Part shown: positions 57,112 through 61,423 of the stretch, piece by piece
Numbering within the stretch: the first letter of the stretch is position 1
Layout: the number at the start of each line of letters is the position of its first letter
From: a virus
Lineage: Duplodnaviria; Caudoviricetes
Direction: 5' to 3' (one strand)
IMG/VR virus record: IMGVR_UViG_3300043410_001140
Location: 1-61,423 of that record
Length of the DNA: 61,423 bases
Notes under the pieces: model-generated
Told to the model about the DNA's origin: nothing
Database searches by the model: none
Seen by the model: the letters and a program-made list of their open reading frames with translations, nothing else
Position numbers and translations under genes: made by a program

Positions 57112-57320
57112 GTCATCCTTTCGTCCACGAACTTGGCAATGGCTTCGGGTGTGCTCTCGATGAAATATCCACCAACGACTTCTAGGCAGAAAAATTTTTG
57201 CGCTTCTGTGCTCATGTCTTTCGGGCATTCCCCGTCAAGAAAGTAACATGACCTACACGAAAACTTGTTTGGCGCTGTTACCAACAGGAATTCTTTGCCT
57301 TGTGTGTAGTGTTTTTTCAT
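57108..57320 (-). CDS. 4-Cys mini-protein, family A member 7
   Basis: CRSCYF...CP...C...TPEAIAKFVDERM. Confidence 0.8.
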   Translation of the reverse strand: MKKHYTQGKEFLLVTAPNKFSCRSCYFLDGECPKDMSTEAQKFFCLEVVGGYFIESTPEAIAKFVDERMT

Positions 57321-57541
57321 TCCAACCTCAGAGCTACGTAGTTAGCGATGGACTCCGGTGTGTCTGCGATCAACAAGCCGTCATCAATAGACGTACACAA
57401 CAGAGGGCCACGTTCGCCGAATGTTGAATCCCTATCTGGGCAGAGAGTGCCCACGGGTGCAAACACACAATGGTCACACGGATCGTGATTTTTCAACGCA
57501 ACAAGCAAGTACGGTTTGCCATTGATCTCTACCTTGGTCAT
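57317..57541 (-). CDS. 4-Cys mini-protein, family A member 6
   Basis: CDHCVF...CP...C...TPESIANYVALRLE. Confidence 0.8.
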   Translation of the reverse strand: MTKVEINGKPYLLVALKNHDPCDHCVFAPVGTLCPDRDSTFGERGPLLCTSIDDGLLIADTPESIANYVALRLE

Positions 57542-57759
57542 TCCAACCTCGCAGCGATGTATGCGGCTACGGCCTCGGGTTTGTCCTCAATAAACATTCC
57601 ACCTTGGAGCGAACCTTGGAACGTAACGCACATTAAGACACCAGACTCAGTTCTTGGGCACGGCGTTGCGCGCAAAAACGCGCACGTTCCACACGCATTT
57701 CTTTTAGGCGGTGTTTTTACCAGCAGGTATGGCTTGCCCCCTACCTCAATCGGTGTCAT
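57538..57759 (-). CDS. 4-Cys mini-protein, family A member 5
   Basis: Start MTPIEV; CGTCAF...CP...C...PEAVAAYIAARLE. Confidence 0.8.
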   Translation of the reverse strand: MTPIEVGGKPYLLVKTPPKRNACGTCAFLRATPCPRTESGVLMCVTFQGSLQGGMFIEDKPEAVAAYIAARLE

Positions 57760-57971
57760 TCCAACCTCCGAGATATGTATGCGGCTACTGCCTTGGGTGT
57801 GTTCTTGACGTAGATCAAATCGGGAAAGCATGCTGCATTTGTTGGGCATCTGGTATGCACAAACGCACAACCCTTACATCCATCTACTAAGCTGGGGACG
57901 TGTTTGTTTTTGAGTCCGCGAACTAATACGTATGACTTACCATCAATGGTCTGCTCTACTGGATCGTTCAT
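57756..57971 (-). CDS. 4-Cys mini-protein, family A member 4
   Basis: CKGCAF...CP...C...TPKAVAAYISRRLE. Confidence 0.8.
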   Translation of the reverse strand: MNDPVEQTIDGKSYVLVRGLKNKHVPSLVDGCKGCAFVHTRCPTNAACFPDLIYVKNTPKAVAAYISRRLE

Positions 57972-58192
57972 GCGTGTTCCAATCGTTCGAGTGTTTTTTG
58001 CAGGGCTAGCAGTCGTTTCTTACCGCCAATCTTTATGACGTGTCTCGCGTCCGCTTCTTCCAATGTCAGGTTGTTCCACCGCATTGTTGAACCTCTTTGT
58101 GCATGCCACTGTTCTAGCTTCCAAACGACGGTGAACCTACTCGGCGCGCCGTTTGACCAGACCCTCAGCAGCACATGCTTGGGCGCACTCAT
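57968..58192 (-). CDS. Hypothetical protein ending in RLE
   Basis: Start MSAPKH, GAGGAG SD; no Cys. Confidence 0.65.
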   Translation of the reverse strand: MSAPKHVLLRVWSNGAPSRFTVVWKLEQWHAQRGSTMRWNNLTLEEADARHVIKIGGKKRLLALQKTLERLEHA

Positions 58193-58389
58193 TTCATGCG
58201 CTCCTCGGCTACCCATTGGACGAATCGTTGTTCGTATACCCAACTGTCGTTGAACATGTTGCCTCCGCTGTGGCAGTCTGGTAGGCCTTCGCAAATAGGG
58301 CTTCCCGATGGTATGCCTATACATGAACCGCACCCGTCCAACGGGATTAGGTAGATGGTTCTACCTTCGAATGTGGATTGCGTAGTCAT
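58189..58389 (-). CDS. 4-Cys mini-protein, family A member 3 (AEERM subgroup)
   Basis: CGSC...C..LP.C...FVQWVAEERMK. Confidence 0.8.
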   Translation of the reverse strand: MTTQSTFEGRTIYLIPLDGCGSCIGIPSGSPICEGLPDCHSGGNMFNDSWVYEQRFVQWVAEERMK

Positions 58390-58586
58390 TTCATGCGCTC
58401 CTCAGCTAGCCATTTGACAAAGCCTTCTTCGTCCACCCAGCAATCGTTGGATGAATCACCGCCGTGTGTGCATGTTGGTAGGTCTCTACACTCAATATCC
58501 GACCCATCGGTTCCAAGGCATGTCTCGCATCCACGAAACGTCACTAGATAGATGGTTTTGCCGTCCAAGGTTGATTGTTTAGTCAT
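58386..58586 (-). CDS. 4-Cys mini-protein, family A member 2 (AEERM subgroup)
   Basis: Start MTKQST; CETC...C..LP.C...FVKWLAEERMK. Confidence 0.8.
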   Translation of the reverse strand: MTKQSTLDGKTIYLVTFRGCETCLGTDGSDIECRDLPTCTHGGDSSNDCWVDEEGFVKWLAEERMK

Positions 58587-58789
58587 TCCATGCGTTCCTC
58601 GGCTACCCATTTGGCAAACCGTTCGGCATCCACCCAACATGTGTGCCTGTCTTTTCCAACCTCGGCGTATATCTCGCATTCAGGCAGATCACGGCACAGT
58701 TCTGAGTTTCCAGTGGCCACGCATTCGTTGCACCCATTACCAACAATGAGGAACAGTTGCTTGCCTTTGTATGTTGTGGTCATCGTCAT
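58583..58789 (-). CDS. 4-Cys mini-protein, family A member 1 (AEERM subgroup)
   Basis: CNEC...C..LP.C...FAKWVAEERME. Confidence 0.8.
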   Translation of the reverse strand: MTMTTTYKGKQLFLIVGNGCNECVATGNSELCRDLPECEIYAEVGKDRHTCWVDAERFAKWVAEERME

Positions 58790-58798
58790 GATAGGTGT

Positions 58799-58960
58799 TT
58801 ACCCCATGAGCTGGCGATACTGTGCGTTGATCGCATCGTCCAATGATTCCAAGATTTCAGATTCATCAGGTGTGTATGTACACACAAACTCGTCCTCATC
58901 CAAGAAGTCCAAGGGTTGATCTGTGTAGTGCGTGTGTATGATTAAGTGACTGAGTGCCAT
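58799..58960 (-). CDS. Acidic 53-aa protein
   Basis: Manual translation MALSHLIIHTHYTDQPLDFLDEDEF... Confidence 0.55.
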   Translation of the reverse strand: MALSHLIIHTHYTDQPLDFLDEDEFVCTYTPDESEILESLDDAINAQYRQLMG

Positions 58961-59028
58961 ACGAATACCCTTTGGTGTGTATGTTGAATGAGTAAGTGAT
59001 GTGGCAGTTACGGATGCCAGCCGTGTGG

Positions 59029-59463
59029 TTACTTATCTTGTGAGCGTAACGTTTCTACCATTGTTTTGTACTTGGCCGCATGTACTTCGCCAATGAATGA
59101 CGGCACTCGATTAGCCATAGCAACACCAGCATCTTGCAATACTATGGACACTGCCAGCTCTTTGGTTGTTGGGTATCCAGCAGCGTTGACACGCACCGGC
59201 TGAAGAACACCATCGCGGTCTTTAAAGCACACCACTTCAGCACCGTTATAGTCTTCCACTAAGGCTTTCAGTTCTTCATGTTTCTTGGCAATGGCTTTGT
59301 CCAGCGTAGAACCAACAGATGTTGGGGGTGGAAGTTCTCTGTCCATTACATATCCAATATACCCCGACAAGCTACGGCGCATTTCGTTTGCTTTGTCCTG
59401 AATCCGTTTGTGCAGGTCAGCAGGAACGGTGACTAAAATTTTTGCAGACTTTGCTTCTGACAT
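59029..59463 (-). CDS. Arc/RHH-domain DNA-binding protein
   Basis: KILVTVPADLHKRI...RRSLSGYI; AAGGA SD. Confidence 0.75.
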   Translation of the reverse strand: MSEAKSAKILVTVPADLHKRIQDKANEMRRSLSGYIGYVMDRELPPPTSVGSTLDKAIAKKHEELKALVEDYNGAEVVCFKDRDGVLQPVRVNAAGYPTTKELAVSIVLQDAGVAMANRVPSFIGEVHAAKYKTMVETLRSQDK

Positions 59464-59564
59464 GGTTGATCCTTTTTAAACAGTAGACACACAGTATATC
59501 TACTTGGAATAAATTATATCACATCTATTACGTTTACGCAAATGTGAAGCGTATATTAAAAATG

Positions 59565-59756
59565 CTATTCCTCCACGAACTCCAAATCGTCAACAGATGC
59601 ATCATTCTTTTGCATGAGTGCGGCCGGCTTTGTAACTCCGAGGGCATCGAGCTGTTGCATTATTACTGCTGTCATTGAAATACGTTTGACTGATGCGTAG
59701 TTCTTCAGCGCAAGGTAGTCAGACTCGTTTAGCCTTAATGTGATGGTTTTCATCAT
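59565..59756 (-). CDS. RHH-like DNA-binding protein
   Basis: KTITLRLNESDY..LK..A...ISMT.VI. Confidence 0.72.
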   Translation of the reverse strand: MMKTITLRLNESDYLALKNYASVKRISMTAVIMQQLDALGVTKPAALMQKNDASVDDLEFVEE

Positions 59757-59845
59757 GCTCTTTCATGTTCTCAGCATGACACGCAAAACGGTGCATGAAC
59801 TGATTGAATCATTATACAGCATTTAAAAGACTGATTCGTAAGTTC

Positions 59846-60119
59846 GAATTTGTTGTGCGCAAATTCAGTCCACAAATTCAAACCCAATATCCATGCGGGT
59901 TCCAAGAGATTTTGCGAATTTGCTGTGATTTTTGGAGGGTCAGACGGGTTACGCGATGTGTCGCGCATAATCATGCAATCATGCAACGACTCTCCAATCT
60001 TTCTGACTCTAAATACATAACAAATTCACAAATATACAAATGAACCATTGGAAACCCGCATGGATATTGGACTTTTTGAATTTGCTGGAGAATTTGCTAC
60101 TTTTTGGACTCACAAATTC
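59846..60119. repeat. Putative replication origin: 18-bp inverted repeat plus eight CAAATTC heptamers
   Basis: CCAATATCCATGCGGGTT 59884-59901 / reverse complement 60053-60070; heptamers in both orientations; no convincing ORF. Confidence 0.6.
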
Positions 60120-60146
60120 AACGTGTGTATACACATACACACAATC

Positions 60147-60335
60147 TCACAACTTAAACACAATGCGCTTCATGGGATTCCATGCTGATTTGGTTGGGCA
60201 TGTAGCCCAACGTGTGGTCGCGGTGCGATATGGTTGAGGCGGTAAACCGCCTTGGACTTTGCGGCCTACCTCACCATCACGAAGTTTGGGCATTGGGGCG
60301 ATTGACTCGCCCTTGGGTAGCAGATGAACCCTCAT
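60147..60335 (-). CDS. Hypothetical protein
   Basis: ATGA-coupled to upstream gene. Confidence 0.6.
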   Translation of the reverse strand: MRVHLLPKGESIAPMPKLRDGEVGRKVQGGLPPQPYRTATTRWATCPTKSAWNPMKRIVFKL

Positions 60336-60766
60336 GCTTCGATTGTTTCAACGCGAGTCGATTCCAAGATGCGCTCGACCATGCCGTACAGGAAAGCGTT
60401 TTGGCCTTTGAGTTCAAAGACTTTGTCTTTTTGTTGCGCTTTGAATTTCTTGACTTGAACCGATGCATCGACTTGCAGGCACAATGCTTCAAGATGACCT
60501 TTGGACAGAGGGCCAGATTTTGGGATACCGACTTGCACCACTTCAATCACAGCTTTTGACAGCAAAGTGGACGACAGCAAATCATTCACCAATGGGCGAT
60601 ACATGCCGTTTGCAAATTGCTTGACGTACAAATCCGATGCGATGCCAAGACGGGCTTGACGATCACCGAATGCAATTGCTTTGGCGTATGAGCCAGTTTT
60701 GCCAGTTTTGGCCGACAAAACAATGTCGGATTTGTTCAGGTCGATTGTCACGAGTGAGTTAGTCAT
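60332..60766 (-). CDS. First early-arm hypothetical protein
   Basis: GGAG SD before MTNSLV. Confidence 0.75.
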   Translation of the reverse strand: MTNSLVTIDLNKSDIVLSAKTGKTGSYAKAIAFGDRQARLGIASDLYVKQFANGMYRPLVNDLLSSTLLSKAVIEVVQVGIPKSGPLSKGHLEALCLQVDASVQVKKFKAQQKDKVFELKGQNAFLYGMVERILESTRVETIEA

Positions 60767-60777
60767 GTTGGACTCCA

Positions 60778-61423
60778 GTAAGTTAAAAGGTTTCAAAGTG
60801 AATACTGCAACATGCAATAGCCACTTAAAAACCCACTGCCACGCTTGCTAAACGTGTTTAGACCATGCCGCATATTCGCGGTTTAGGGCATACAGTGAGT
60901 TATACCGCTCGATTGCTTCACCCAAATCGAGAAAAAGTTAGGCCCATAGTATTACCATGTAATACCGACACCACAAAATTGATTATTAAAAAGCATTACA
61001 TCCACAAAATGCACCATGCGACCCATACATGAAAGCGATAGCAAAAGCCATGCGATACGATGTACAGACACAATGAACCTTGCGCTACCTTACGGCGTGA
61101 CGCTTGAGATACGATCATCTCAATAACGGGATTGACCCGACAAGACGATTTGCACCGCCCTGCACTAATGGTTTTGACCCGACAAGGGGTGGGGGGAGGG
61201 ACACGGGCGATGCGACCCCGCGCCACCCTTACGTATGCCGCACATCGCAAGGTCTAATTTTTACCAACATACATACATTCGCCACACCTAACCGCGAAAA
61301 CGCCCCATGCACTTGACATACACACCATAAAATGCACAATACACACGTCACAACATCACGGAGGCCACATGGCAACCAACTTGAAGAAACTGTTTGCGGG
61401 TAAGGAAACCGCCAAAGAGGAAA
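60778..61423. repeat. Terminal direct repeat / circular overlap, copy 2
   Basis: See 1-645. Confidence 0.97.

Noticed and set aside
59771-60237. ORFs 59771-59986, 59804-60043 and 60040-60237
   Set aside because: No SD, lie in the repeat-rich origin-like region, and their shared peptide (PAWIL) simply reflects the inverted repeat.
33627-60766. Lysogeny module or prophage boundaries
   Set aside because: No integrase, CI-like repressor, partition genes or host flanks were recognised.
60778-61423. Terminal-repeat differences as DGR-type or editing mutagenesis
   Set aside because: Changes affect all bases in both directions; strain variation in the assembly is simpler.

Overview
The window is an apparently complete ~60.8 kb tailed dsDNA phage genome with podovirus-like organisation; a betaproteobacterial/aquatic host is only a guess. 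Its first ~645 nt reappear, about 97% identical, at 60778-61423. The + strand (591-33572) carries packaging, head, tail/fibre, lysis and DNA-ejection genes. The - strand (33627-60766) carries early and replication genes: primase-helicase, SSB-like protein, SNF2 helicase, VRR-NUC, PD-(D/E)XK nuclease, family A DNA polymerase, a MoxR-like AAA+/VWA-metallopeptidase module and about 45 small ORFs. I found no integrase, RNA polymerase, reverse transcriptase, tRNA or CRISPR array. The most striking unexplained signals are three. (1) A translationally coupled array of 13 paralogous ~65-85 aa four-cysteine mini-proteins with conserved ends, hypervariable centres and repeated junction sequences (54169-58789), transcribed towards the AAA+/VWA module. 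(2) Four +1-frame ORFs, three with their own Shine-Dalgarno, nested in the 2253-aa ejection gene. (3) Two pseudoknotted structured-RNA candidates (53937-54137 and 36904-36979). All calls come from motif reading and synteny, with no database search.
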